Positions 41,658 through 52,027 of a stretch of DNA of 64,000 nucleotides are shown here, in pieces (position 1 is the first letter of the stretch; the number at the start of each line of letters is the position of its first letter). The translations under genes and the position numbers were made by a program. The DNA is taken from the NCBI GenBank assembly GCA_965221165.1, contig CBDCRP010000002.1:640001-704000 (forward strand), read 5' to 3'. This stretch comes from a bacterium (GTDB lineage: Bacteria; UBA8248). The notes below the pieces were generated by a model. The model made no database searches. It was not told the DNA's origin and worked only from the letters and a program-made list of their open reading frames with translations.

Positions 41658-42062
41658 ATGAAAATGACAGAGAAAACGGATGCGGAATGGCGCGAGCAAC
41701 TCACGCCGGAGCAATACCACGTCACCCGGGAGGCGGGAACCGAGCGCGCCTTCAGCGGGAAATACTGCGACTGCCATGAGGACGGGGTCTATACCTGCGT
41801 GTGCTGCGGGACGGAGCTTTTCGATGCGGGGACCAAGTTCGACTCGGGTACGGGCTGGCCGAGCTTTTATCAGCCGCTCAAGCCCGAGAACGTGGGCGAG
41901 AAGGAAGACAGATCGCTCTGGATGCGGCGCGTGGAGGTGGTGTGTTCGAACTGCGACGCGCATCTGGGCCACGTGTTCCCCGACGGCCCTGCGCCCACCG
42001 GCCTGCGCTACTGCATGAACTCGGCATCTTTGGACTTAAAACCGAAAGACGCTTCCGAATAG
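41658..42062 (+). CDS. msrB: Methionine-R-sulfoxide reductase
   Basis: [33 protein letters not shown]. Confidence 0.96.
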   Translation: MKMTEKTDAEWREQLTPEQYHVTREAGTERAFSGKYCDCHEDGVYTCVCCGTELFDAGTKFDSGTGWPSFYQPLKPENVGEKEDRSLWMRRVEVVCSNCDAHLGHVFPDGPAPTGLRYCMNSASLDLKPKDASE

Positions 42063-42160
42063 AATTCATGGGGGCATGGAGGGGCGAGTCTCGCCTCATG
42101 TGACGCCCCCTACGCAGTAATTCATGAACATTTTTTATGAAATGACAGGAGTGTATATTT

Positions 42161-42604
42161 ATGAGTATTGAGCGTTTTCATAACGTATCCCTGACGGTAA
42201 AAGACGCGGACGCATCTTCCAAATGGTACGCCGAGCACTTCGGCTTCGAGGTGGAATCCGATTCCGAGCGCACGCCGGAGTTTTCCGCGCAGGTGACGGG
42301 TGTTCCCGGCGCGCACTTGCGCGTGGTGCACATGGGCGGCCACGGGCTTCATCTAGAACTCATGGAGTACAAGGGTGCTCCGGGTGCGGCGGTAGACACT
42401 TCTCCAAACAACGCGGGCTGCCTGCAGATCGGCTTCGTGGTGGACGACGCCGAGGCCCTCTATATCAAACTGAAAGCGGACGGCACCACCATGTGCTCGC
42501 CGGAACCCGCCACCGTGCCGAGCGGCCCCATCCAGGGCTCCAAGATATTCTTCTGCAAAGACCCCGACGGCGTGGTGCTGAAATTCTTGTCGATCAGGAA
42601 GTAG
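42161..42604 (+). CDS. VOC-family protein
   Basis: H..LTV.D, LELMEY, KDPDG. Confidence 0.85.
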   Translation: MSIERFHNVSLTVKDADASSKWYAEHFGFEVESDSERTPEFSAQVTGVPGAHLRVVHMGGHGLHLELMEYKGAPGAAVDTSPNNAGCLQIGFVVDDAEALYIKLKADGTTMCSPEPATVPSGPIQGSKIFFCKDPDGVVLKFLSIRK

Positions 42605-42626
42605 GGGTTGATGACGAGAGGCCTGT

Positions 42627-42725
42627 GTAGGGGCGGCTCGCGAGCCGTGGGGCAGTCCCGAGCAATCAAGGGCGGACACATAGGTCCGCCCCTACGAATT
42701 TCTTCCTCATCGGTCGGGGTTGACC
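42627..42725. repeat. GTAG-REP pair plus a GA-hairpin copy
   Basis: REPs at 42627 and 42669-42695; hairpin at about 42696-42725. Confidence 0.75.
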
Positions 42726-42733
42726 CACGGCGC

Positions 42734-42904
42734 CGTCATTCCGGCGTATGCCGGAATCCAGAACCGAGGAGGGTGAAAATGATGCCGCGTTTCATTTTTT
42801 CTCTGGTTGGATGCAATAAAAGCGCAAAGCAAAAAACGAAAAGATAAATTCCCTGGATTCCGCAATTCCTCCCTTCTCAGTCGGGATTGACACCGGAATA
42901 ACGG
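42734..42904. repeat. ~165-bp CGTC-REP-bounded MITE/BIME-like element, copy 1
   Basis: CGTCATTCCGGC.. ends; internal AAAACGAAAAGATAAATTCCCTGGATTCCG shared with 52028-52190. Confidence 0.8.
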
Positions 42905-43217
42905 CAATATCGAGGCGGCTCGCTAGGCAGGACTCGGTCCTCCGAGATTCAACTCCCTCCATCCTCGCTCTGCCTGAAGCACAGGCTCAAGAGCAACAGA
43001 ACGAACGCCGCGAGGCTCGCGAGGGTGCCGACTTCGGAGCGAGGTCTTGCCCCCCGGCCTTGAAATCCGGGGACAAACCAAACCAGATCGACATTGATTT
43101 ATTTGTGATATCATTGCGCCCTGGGTTGTTTGTGGTTTTGTTCCCTGGATGAGATTGGCGATATCCGCGAGAAATACCTGAGTCGAACAGCTTTCCTTAT
43201 GGGGGGAGGATCTAATC

Positions 43218-43718
43218 ATGAAAAAGATTATCTCTGCACTGTTTGTGCTTTTGGCATCCGTGAGCGTGGCGAACGCCGCCGAGTATTTACAGGCGTCCTC
43301 CACCATTACCCAGTGCCCGGGCACGAAGCCCGCGGTGGTCAAGATAGACGTGACGGATGCGGCCAATGGCGTCGCCATGAAAAACAACAAGATAACCGTG
43401 AGCAAAGCCGGGCCGTATCTCATCGTCGCCGCCCCCCAGGTCGGGCGCGAAGGCGCGGGGCCCCTCGGCTGTTTCGACCTGTGGCTGCGCGTAAACGGGA
43501 AGGACGTGGGCAATTCCAACGTGCAGCTTTGCCAGGACGCCGGCAGCAGGGCGAAGGACGTCATCGTATCGCAGGGAATCGTCCCGCTGGCGGCGGGTGA
43601 TGCGCTGGAAGTGATGATGTCGGCCAACAACCCGAAGGCGAAGATCTGCATCGAGGCCATCCGGCCGCCCGGCGAACCATTGGTGCCTTCGATTATCTTC
43701 ACGATGGTCAAGTATTGA
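43218..43718 (+). CDS. Secreted all-beta protein, possible C1q/TNF/BclA-CTD-like fold
   Basis: GGAGG RBS, signal peptide, ITV.KAG.YLI, LRVNG, L.AGD.LEV; 4 Cys. Confidence 0.6.
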   Translation: MKKIISALFVLLASVSVANAAEYLQASSTITQCPGTKPAVVKIDVTDAANGVAMKNNKITVSKAGPYLIVAAPQVGREGAGPLGCFDLWLRVNGKDVGNSNVQLCQDAGSRAKDVIVSQGIVPLAAGDALEVMMSANNPKAKICIEAIRPPGEPLVPSIIFTMVKY

Positions 43719-43728
43719 AGAAAACCTC

Positions 43729-44290
43729 GTAGCGGCGGACCCCGAGGAGGGGTCCGCCCCACGGTTCGCAGCCCTCCCCTCTACGAGGGCGAGCAATCCC
43801 TCCCTCTTCCGTCGGGATCGATCCACGGCGCCTCACCCACGCATCTGCACGCATTTGCCGTGACCCCTGAATTTCCGGGATTCGGTATCGTGTGCGCCGC
43901 ACTGGGTCAAACCCGACTGATGAAGGAGGGTTTGCCGACCGAGGAGGAAGGGGCTGCCCGACCGAGGAGGAAGCGTTTCATCAGGGCAGGGCCGATGTAG
44001 CAAGCAAATCTTTCTTGGCCGTTTGATAAGGCCAGGGTCGGCGAAATGACGAAATTCCTCGTAGCCGTTTCATATGGGAAGATAATGAAAATAATCATAT
44101 TAAGTGAAAATATCTGAAAATAGGTGAAAAAAGGTGAAAGTAAGTGAAAAATTCAGAAAATTTTAGAGAAACGATAACATATTATATTTCATGTATTTAC
44201 GCCGTATATATGAAGTAAAAAAGAAACGAATTTCGCCGGTTTTCGCATAAAAAAAAATTTTTCAGCCCCCTGCAATTGCCCGCATTTGCA
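43729..44290. repeat. Composite of REP, GA-hairpins and a phased A-tract element
   Basis: Hairpins at 43794, 43904, 43937, 43960; A-tracts 44107-44160; CGCATTTG boxes near 43850 and 44281. Confidence 0.8.
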
Positions 44291-44313
44291 CTGCGGAAAA
44301 GGGGGCCGCGCGC

Positions 44314-44769
44314 CTAGGAAACGCTCATCTTCCGCCCGCTCTCATACCATTCGGGGCCGGGCTGTTCGGGTGGATCGTCGTAGCGCTTGATTTCTAACTC
44401 GACGTTGTCGGGATCGTAGAAATAGGTGGCGTAGCCCACGCCGAACGCGCCCAGATTCTTCTCCTCGCCGCGGTGGGGCTCTCTGCCGCTCGCGCGCAGG
44501 CGCTCGATGACATTGTGGTATTCGGCATCATCGAGACTAAAGGCGATGTGGTCCATCCCGCCCTTCACGGCGACATCGTCGGGCACGAAATCACTCGCAT
44601 GAAAGAGAACGAGGATGTCCTCCCCCACGCGGAAGACTACCTGATCTATCTCACCGCCGTGAATGAGCCTGCGGCCCACGGGTTTGAAGCTCATCACGTC
44701 GCGGTAGAACGCGATGGAGCGCTCGAGATTCGTGACGCGCAGGGCGACGTGCTCGATCATGCGCTTCAT
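44314..44769 (-). CDS. VOC-family protein
   Basis: IEHVAL.V..LERS..FY, DHIAF, YFYDPD..ELE. Confidence 0.88.
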   Translation of the reverse strand: MKRMIEHVALRVTNLERSIAFYRDVMSFKPVGRRLIHGGEIDQVVFRVGEDILVLFHASDFVPDDVAVKGGMDHIAFSLDDAEYHNVIERLRASGREPHRGEEKNLGAFGVGYATYFYDPDNVELEIKRYDDPPEQPGPEWYESGRKMSVS

Positions 44770-44798
44770 GGCAACCTCCTGTATCGGGAGGAGAGGGA

Positions 44799-45320
44799 TT
44801 AGTCCTCGTAGGCCTTTACCGTGGGAACCGTGATGGGGAACGCAGGCTCGGTTCTGCCCTCGACCACGGCGCGAATCGCGGCGATGATCTGGCGATATCC
44901 CGTGCAGCGGCAAAGGTTCCCGGTGAGCCAGTGCTGAATTTCCGCCTCGGAGGGGTCGGGATTCTCATCGAGCAGTTTCTTGGCCGAAACGATCATGCCC
45001 GGCGTGCAATAGCCGCACTGGGTGGCGCCGTAAGAGGCGAAAGCGGCTTGTAAGGGATGTAAGTCTTCGAGGGTGCCGAGGCCTTCTATGGTCTCGATCT
45101 TCGCCCCATCGGCGCGAACCGCGAGGGTCAGGCATGAACTGATGAGCTCATCGTCCATGATTATGGAGCAGGAGCCGCACACGCCCTGATCGCAGGAGCG
45201 CTTGGTTCCCATCATGCCCAAGTCCTCGCGGATGACGTCCACGAGATAGCGGTTCACGGAAACCATGACTTCGACGGGGTCTCCATTGAGAACGAAAGAT
45301 ATCATCCTTTTTTCAGACAT
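44799..45320 (-). CDS. CoxS/XdhC-like (2Fe-2S) small subunit
   Basis: CDQGVCGSC, QCGYCTPG, GNLCRCTGY. Confidence 0.93.
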   Translation of the reverse strand: MSEKRMISFVLNGDPVEVMVSVNRYLVDVIREDLGMMGTKRSCDQGVCGSCSIIMDDELISSCLTLAVRADGAKIETIEGLGTLEDLHPLQAAFASYGATQCGYCTPGMIVSAKKLLDENPDPSEAEIQHWLTGNLCRCTGYRQIIAAIRAVVEGRTEPAFPITVPTVKAYED

Positions 45321-45404
45321 ATCAGTCCCCTACTTTTTGTGGCCATGCACTATTGTGTAGTGACCCGACTATACCACGTTTCACCCTTCCATGTACGGAA
45401 ACCA

Positions 45405-46418
45405 TCATATTTTCCTGAGCTCCGGCATGAGTTCGTCCGAGATCATCCGCATGCTGTGCAGCGACGTGGAAAGAGGCATTCCCGCCCAATGCGTCCGGAT
45501 GATGAGGTGATTCACGCCGACTTCCTCCCAATAGGGGCGAAGCTGCTCGAAGCACTCCTCGGGCGAGCCGATGATGAAGCGATCCTTCAGGAGATCGTCG
45601 AATTCCTGATCGAACGACTCATCCTCGGGCATCGCGTCGTCCTGGCCCCATTTGGCGTAGTCCTTGTATTTGCCGAACAGATAGGGCCCCGCCATCTCGA
45701 GGGCGGTCTTCTTGTCACGACTGCAAAAAACTTCCTTCATGCAGGGAAAGTCCGCCGGAAAAGGCTTGCCGCATCGCTCGAGTTCCGCCCGGTAGAGCTC
45801 CATCTGGCGCTTGATGGTCGCCGTGGTCGAATGGGGGTTGATGAACCAGTTATCGCCTATGCGCGCGGCGCGCTCGATGGCTTTGTCGTTGTTCGCGGCC
45901 ACCCAAATCGGCGGATAGGGCTTCTGAACGGGGCGGATGTTCATACCCACGCCGTCGAGCTTACACAAGTCGCTCTCCCAGGTGACTTCTTCTTCGGTCC
46001 ACAATCGCTTCACGAGTTCGAGACATTCCTCGAACCTGCGCACGCGGTGGCCCTTCGGCACCCGGAACGCGTCGAACTCCTTGTCGCGGTAGCCCAGGCC
46101 GATTCCGAACACGAAATTCCCTCTACAAATCACGTCGAGCGAGGCCACCGTCTCGGCGACGTAGACTGGGTTGTGGAGGTTGATGAGCAGGATGCCCAGC
46201 CCCAGCGTCATCTCGCCCGCTTCTGCGTGAAGGCGCGCCAGAAAGGGCACGATCTGAAGTTGTTTGTTGTTGCCCTCGTTCAGGTAGTGCTGCCCGGTGA
46301 AGAGCGAATCCCAGCCCTTGTCGCGCGCGAGGCGCACCATCGCGTACTGCTCATCCAGGGCACTGACCATGTCGGTTTCCAAGTGTTGCTGGTTGGTGAT
46401 GAAAAGACCTACTTTCAT
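45405..46418 (-). CDS. LLM-class flavin-dependent oxidoreductase
   Basis: AETVASLD, G.GLGYR..EF, P.Q.P.PPIWVA. Confidence 0.9.
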   Translation of the reverse strand: MKVGLFITNQQHLETDMVSALDEQYAMVRLARDKGWDSLFTGQHYLNEGNNKQLQIVPFLARLHAEAGEMTLGLGILLINLHNPVYVAETVASLDVICRGNFVFGIGLGYRDKEFDAFRVPKGHRVRRFEECLELVKRLWTEEEVTWESDLCKLDGVGMNIRPVQKPYPPIWVAANNDKAIERAARIGDNWFINPHSTTATIKRQMELYRAELERCGKPFPADFPCMKEVFCSRDKKTALEMAGPYLFGKYKDYAKWGQDDAMPEDESFDQEFDDLLKDRFIIGSPEECFEQLRPYWEEVGVNHLIIRTHWAGMPLSTSLHSMRMISDELMPELRKI

Positions 46419-46515
46419 GTCGTGTTCCTATGTTGATGGGTGGTAGTTGGGCGTACCATACCGCAAGGCTCTTCATATTTCTATGCACAGGAGGCTTCGT
46501 TGTGTGATGCGGAAG

Positions 46516-47005
46516 AGGTCAAACCCTCCCTCCCCGGTCGGCAAACTCTCCCTCTTCGGGCCTATTGAAAAACCCCCTCAAGGGAAAAATGCCTGCGGCG
46601 CATTCGCCGCCCCGGCGCGTAATACCTCCCTCGTCGGTCGGCAAACAAATCCTCGCTCCTCACCTCGGATTTGACATTCATCACTCGCGTCAAACACTCA
46701 TTTCTCACTCGCGTTTGATCCGCGACGTATTCGCCGCCCTGGCGGCGAATACCTCCCTCATCCCGAGTAGGCGCGCTCGCGCGCCGTATCGAGGGTTTGA
46801 CCCTACCGAGGAGGGAGGGTCAAACGGGGCCCTTCGATACAAACGCTCCTTTCTCAGTCGCGTTTGACCTTCGGCGGCTACTCAGGGTGAGGTCGATACG
46901 GCGGCATGCAAAACGAGGGTTTGACGCGACCGATGAGGGAGCGTCAAATGCGCTCGCTCCCAGGACCGGGTTTTTCAACAACCCCTCCCCGGTCGGGTTT
47001 GACCC
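46516..47005. repeat. Cluster of about 10 GA-hairpin repeats
   Basis: Hairpins at 46520, 46625, 46646, 46691, 46795, 46840, 46920, 46976 and others. Confidence 0.85.
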
Positions 47006-47006
47006 C

Positions 47007-47330
47007 CTACCAGCGCATGGTTCCCTTCAGGGCGACCCCGTGGACGGGGTCGCCGCGTTCGCTCTCGCGCAAGTCTCCCTCGAGGCTCATGGTGAGGGAC
47101 TCGGCGAGCCTGAAGCGCCCGCCGGCTCGGTATGTCTGCCCGCCTTGCGCGACCGTGAGGCCGGTGTATGGCGTCAGGAGGCCGCCCAGGTAGTCCAGGC
47201 CGTAGCCCACCTCGGCCTCGAAGCTCGCGGCGCCCGGCTCGAAGTCCCCCTCGCGGACGAGGCCCGCCGCCGTACGCTGCGACCAGAGGCGGTCCGCGCC
47301 TCCCGAGGCCGCGCCCCACGGCCAGGCGAG
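47007..47330 (-). pseudogene. C-terminal remnant of an autotransporter-like beta-barrel protein
   Basis: EAEVGYG...LTPY.G.., amphipathic strands, terminal Trp. Confidence 0.6.
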
Positions 47331-47506
47331 ATTACCGGGCCATGCTATCACCGGACAAGGGGGCGGCCTTTGCATCATCTGTCAAACTGAGACATCGAAC
47401 TTATGATCGGCGCCCTGAATCTGGTTTTCGTGCTGGCTCTGTTCTTAGGCAGTTCAAACTGAGGCAGTACCAACGCCTAAACCTTTGGCCGCTGTATCCC
47501 CATAAA

Positions 47507-48640
47507 TCAAGAGCTTGATCTCGGCCGCGTCCCGTTGTTGAACCGCGCGAGACGGAACATCCCAATGTCGTGTCGGGTAGCGCTATCAACCGTCAGTTCC
47601 GCCAGGACTTCACCGATGACGCTGGCGAACTTGAAGCCGTGACCGGAGAATCCGGCCGCAACTACCACCTGAGGCGCGTCCGGAAGCCGGCCGATGATGA
47701 AGTGTCCGTCGGGGCTGTTGGTGAACATGCACACTTTCATGGCTTGGGTGGCGCCGGCGGCGTCCGGGAAGTATTTCTCGGCCAACCCGCGCAGTACGGC
47801 TTCATCACGAGCGTTCGGCTCCCGGTCGATGTTATCCGGGTCGACCCGCTCTCGCAGATGGTTGGAACGTCCCAGCTTGAATCCGGGCACGCCGAATACC
47901 GGAGTGCCGTAGTAGTGTGCCCCGTCGATGGTGAGGCTGAAAACAGGGAACGCCTCGGGCGTAAACAGCTCCGGGCGTAGCGGTTCCATCCAATCAGCAC
48001 CTGCCGCTCCGGGACCGCGGCCAAGCCGAGCGAGGGCAACAGCTTCGATGCCCACGCTCCCGCGGTAATGACCAGCGTCTCGGATTCGTACTCACCGCGC
48101 TCCGTGCGCACGCGGACGCCGTTCGCGCTTGGCTGCCACTCCAACAAGCGCTCGTTTGTATGCACGGCCGCGCCGAGCCGCTGCGCCAGTTCCATAAACA
48201 AGGCGACGCATCGCTCCGCGTGGAGGAAACCGCCGTCACGCTGAAAGACGGCCATGGTTTCCGCTGGCAGACGGTAGCCTGGATAGCGCCGGGTGACCTC
48301 CGCGCTGGTCAGCACTTCGTGGGGCAGGTCGTGTTCCGCACACGAACGCAGGGCACCCATGAAACCTGTGTTGGCCGGCGCGGCTGCGTCCAGCGTGCCC
48401 GTGACGTTGAGTATCTGCTCTTCACTCGCCCTCTCAAGGTCCCGCCAAAGTTCAAGAGCTCGCCGCACCAGAGGCACGTACGACGGGTGTTCATGATATG
48501 CGAGGCGTATGATTCGCGTGACGCCGTGGGAAGATCCCATGTCGTGGACAATGCCGAACTGTTCGATGCCGAGCACCCGCTTGCCACGCTGCGCCAGTTG
48601 ATAGAGCGTGGCGTTTCCCGCACCCTAAGCACGATGCGGT
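47507..48640 (-). pseudogene. solA: Degraded N-methyltryptophan/monomeric sarcosine oxidase
   Basis: GSSHG.TRIIR, GFSGHGFKF; GxGxxG motif lost; frameshift near 47990. Confidence 0.8.
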
Positions 48641-48658
48641 GGAGATGTACGCCGTACT

Positions 48659-49474
48659 TCAGGAGGCGGTCGCCCCGGACCCCTCGGGTCCAGCGGAGCC
48701 GGGGCCACGTTTGAGGACGCCGCTGGCGTCGAAACCGCCGTCCACCGGCAGCGTCACGCCGTTGATGTAGCCGGATTGCGGCAGCGCCAGATAGACGGCC
48801 GCGGCCGCCACCTCCTCCGGGACCCCGTAGCGGTGCATCGGAACGCCCTGGAGATAGGCCCGGCGGGTCTCCTGGTCGTGCATTCGCTTCACCAACGCGG
48901 TTTCGATGGGTCCCGGCGCCAGGGTGTTGACCGTCACTCCGAACTCCGCCCACTCCGACGCCATCACCCGTGTCAATGCCGCGACTCCGCCTTTGGACGC
49001 ACCGTAGGCCGCGCGTCCCGTCCCGCCCCGCAACCCCGCAACCGAAGACATCGACACGATCCGGCCATAACCCGCCTTGACCATAACGGCGCCGACGGCC
49101 CGCATCATCAGGAAACTGCCCGTAAGGTTGACGGTGATGATTCGCTCCCAATCCTCGAGGGTGGTTTCCAGGGCGTGTATCTCCATACCGATCCCCGCGA
49201 AATGCATCAGGATTTCCAGCGAGCCGAACCGCTCCGTAACCGCCTTGATGAGCGCTTCGACGTCTCGGGCCTCGGCCACGTCGGTCCTGACGAACAGCGC
49301 CGCGGCGCCTCGCGCATTCAACTCTTCCGCCGTCTGCGCGCCCGCCTCCTCGTTCAGGTCGGCGATGACGACGTTAGCGCCCACATCCGCCAGCGTTTGC
49401 GCCGTGGCGAGTCCGATGCCGCTGGCGCCGCCGGTGACAATGGCCGTGTGTCCTTCAAGTTTGAACATGCTCAT
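48659..49474 (-). CDS. SDR-family oxidoreductase
   Basis: TGGASGIG, YGASK. Confidence 0.9.
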   Translation of the reverse strand: MSMFKLEGHTAIVTGGASGIGLATAQTLADVGANVVIADLNEEAGAQTAEELNARGAAALFVRTDVAEARDVEALIKAVTERFGSLEILMHFAGIGMEIHALETTLEDWERIITVNLTGSFLMMRAVGAVMVKAGYGRIVSMSSVAGLRGGTGRAAYGASKGGVAALTRVMASEWAEFGVTVNTLAPGPIETALVKRMHDQETRRAYLQGVPMHRYGVPEEVAAAAVYLALPQSGYINGVTLPVDGGFDASGVLKRGPGSAGPEGSGATAS

Positions 49475-49484
49475 TTCCCATGCG

Positions 49485-50675
49485 CTACGTGATGACTCCA
49501 AATCGGCGGCCCACCTCGGCGAAGGCGCTGATGGCGCGGTCGATATCCTCTACATCGTGGGCCGCCGACATCTGCGTGCGGATCCGATCCTGCCCGAGCG
49601 GGACAACGGGAAACGAAAACGCAGTGACCAATACGCCCTTGTCGCGAAGTCCGTCGGCGAAGTTCTGCGCCAGCTTCGGATCGCGAAGCATCAGGGGAAT
49701 GATGGGATGCTCGCCCGGCAGCAACTCGAATCCCAAGCCGGTGATTTCGGTGCGGAAGTACTTCGTATTGCGCCAAAGCCGCTCTCGCAGTTCCGAGGAG
49801 CCGGCGAGAAAATCCAGCGCCGTCAGGCTGGTCTGGGCGATGACGGGGGCCAGTGTGTTCGAGAAGAGGTAGGGGCGCGCGCGCTGGCGCAGCCATTCCA
49901 CGATGACGCGGCGGGCCGAGACGTAACCGCCGGCAGCGCCCCCCAGCGCCTTGCCGAGTGTCCCCGTCAGGATGTCGACCCGCCCCGTGACATTGTAGCG
50001 CTCCGGCGTACCTCGTCCGGTGGCGCCGACAAAGCCGACGGCATGGCTGTCGTCGACCATCACAATGGCATCGTGTCTTTCCGCCAGGTCACAGATGGCC
50101 GGCAAATCGGCCATATGGCCGTCCATCGAAAAAACCCCGTCCGTGGCGATCAGGCGATAGCGCGCGCCGGCCGCTTCCTTCAGCCTGGCCTCGAGGTCCT
50201 TCATGTCGTTGTTGGCGTAACGGAACCGCTTCGCGCGGCAAAGACGCACACCGTCGATAATCGACGCGTGGTTCAACGCGTCCGATATGATCGCGTCTTC
50301 CGGACCCAGAAGGCTCTCGAACAGCCCTGCGTTGGCGTCGAAACAACTGGGGAACAGGATTGTGTCCTCCATCCCCAGAAATTCGCTCAGACGCTCCTCC
50401 AACAGCTTGTGGGGAACCTGGGTCCCGCAGATGAACCGGACCGACGACATTCCGAAACCGTACTGGGACAACGCGGCCCTTGCGGCCTCGACCAGCCGGG
50501 GGTGATTGGACAGGCCCAGGTAGTTGTTTGCGCAGAGATTGATGCAGGCCGTACCCGTCTGCAGGGTGACCTCGCCTTGCTGCGGCGATGAGATGACCTG
50601 CTCTTGCTTGAACAGACCGTCGGCCTTCAGGGTTTCGATCCGGCTGGCAAGATCGGCGAGGAACGCATGGATCAT
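49485..50675 (-). CDS. kbl: 2-amino-3-ketobutyrate CoA ligase
   Basis: [34 protein letters not shown]. Confidence 0.95.
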   Translation of the reverse strand: MIHAFLADLASRIETLKADGLFKQEQVISSPQQGEVTLQTGTACINLCANNYLGLSNHPRLVEAARAALSQYGFGMSSVRFICGTQVPHKLLEERLSEFLGMEDTILFPSCFDANAGLFESLLGPEDAIISDALNHASIIDGVRLCRAKRFRYANNDMKDLEARLKEAAGARYRLIATDGVFSMDGHMADLPAICDLAERHDAIVMVDDSHAVGFVGATGRGTPERYNVTGRVDILTGTLGKALGGAAGGYVSARRVIVEWLRQRARPYLFSNTLAPVIAQTSLTALDFLAGSSELRERLWRNTKYFRTEITGLGFELLPGEHPIIPLMLRDPKLAQNFADGLRDKGVLVTAFSFPVVPLGQDRIRTQMSAAHDVEDIDRAISAFAEVGRRFGVIT

Positions 50676-50685
50676 ACGGCGGCCC

Positions 50686-51300
50686 TCAAGGTCCGAACAC
50701 CAGCCGGGGCAGCGCGAGCGCCGCCTCCGGGACGTAGGTGGCCAACAGAAGCGTAGGAATCCACGCGAACAGGCTCATCATCAGCGTAGGCTTCAGCATG
50801 GAGTTCACGGGGGTGTTTCCGAGGCTCGCTCCCAAGTACAGCAGCGGCGCGGTAGGCGGCGTGATATTGCCCATACCGAGATTCACTCCGATGATCGCCG
50901 CGAACTGTATCGGATCGACCCCCAGTTCGCGCACGATGGATAACATCAGCGGGGCCGACAGCAGGACTCCGGCGTTTCCTCGACCATGATGCCCTTATTA
51001 TGCCGCATCATGACGAAGTTCACCAGGCACAGCAGGAAGACCAGGACGATGCCCGGTACGACTGTCGCCAGAAAGCATTTCAGCACGGATTGGCGCGTGA
51101 TCCAGGCATAGATGATCTGAATCGAGCTCGGCGGGATCAGCAGTCCCAGCGGCGCGGCGTTGGAGATCGGCGCGGCCGAGAATCCCTTCGGATAGTTGGC
51201 CCGTTCAAGCCGAGGCAGCATCACGCCGCCTATGCAGGTCAGCGTGGCTGCCGCGCTGCCGGAGATAGAGCCGAATACGGCGCTGGCCAGAACCGACGCG
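50686..51300 (-). pseudogene. dctM: Fragmented TRAP large permease
   Basis: FGSISGSAAAT, LGLLIPPS and GNITPP blocks with internal deletions and frameshifts. Confidence 0.8.
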
Positions 51301-51331
51301 GCTGAACGCTTACCGACAGGGGCTAGCCGAG

Positions 51332-51800
51332 ATGCGCAGGGGTTTTAATGAATCCGCTTTCGTTTTGATTACATATTACAGAAATCGAATATCAATCGAG
51401 ATTCGAAAAAACAAATATCTAAAATAGTTTCAATAAACTACAAGGATTTGATGGTCGATGGGAACAGCTCAATGTATCTAATTTATCGAAAGACACGTTT
51501 AATTTATAGAAAACCATCGTGAATTTATCGATATTTTTCGAAATTCCCGAATTTCTCTGATTCCCCTCCTTTCGGCCCCGCTCATCTTAGGCCACCCCAA
51601 AATTTCCGGCCCCGAATATTCGGAAACCCCTACAAACACCCACGCCGGCAAATGCGGGCGAATGCGCAGTTGTCGTGATGTAAAAAATCCTGAAAAAAAG
51701 AGAGAAATCGGTGAAAAAAGGGGTAGTTTATGCGAGAGAATCGGGAGGTTTTTCCGAGCGAATCGCGTGGACCAGGCCCGACCGATGAGGGAGGTCTTCC
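51332..51800. repeat. AT-rich composite: homolog of 4365-4519, T-tracts, GCAAATGCG box, GA-hairpin
   Basis: 43-bp match to 4477-4519; box at 51648-51666; hairpin loop at 51780-51792. Confidence 0.7.
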
Positions 51801-51851
51801 CCGAGCAGGGAAAGACCGCAACCAAGGAAAGGGACGCGTTGTGCCTCTTGG

Positions 51852-51895
51852 GTAGGGGCGGACCTATGTGTCCGCCCGCCCTTATATGTCCGCCC
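51852..51895 (+). repeat. GTAG-type REP
   Basis: GTAGGGGCGGACCTATGTGTCCGCCC, reverse complement of the 42670-42695 copy. Confidence 0.75.
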
Positions 51896-52027
51896 CGTCA
51901 TTGAGGCCCACTACTGGCAATCCCGGCCAAAGATGGAGGGATTGTTCCGACCGACCGTAGGGACAGGTCGCGAATTGTGGGGCAGCCCCAAGGAAGGGCC
52001 GCCACTACGGGGAAAGAGAAAACTGGC

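Noticed and set aside
43915-43927. Hammerhead ribozyme (CTGATGA)
   Set aside because: No GAAA core or three-way junction; most family copies read CCGA
51332-51427. Small ORF MRRGFNESAFVLIT shared with the 4519 (-) copy
   Set aside because: No RBS and different lengths; better explained as a DNA repeat
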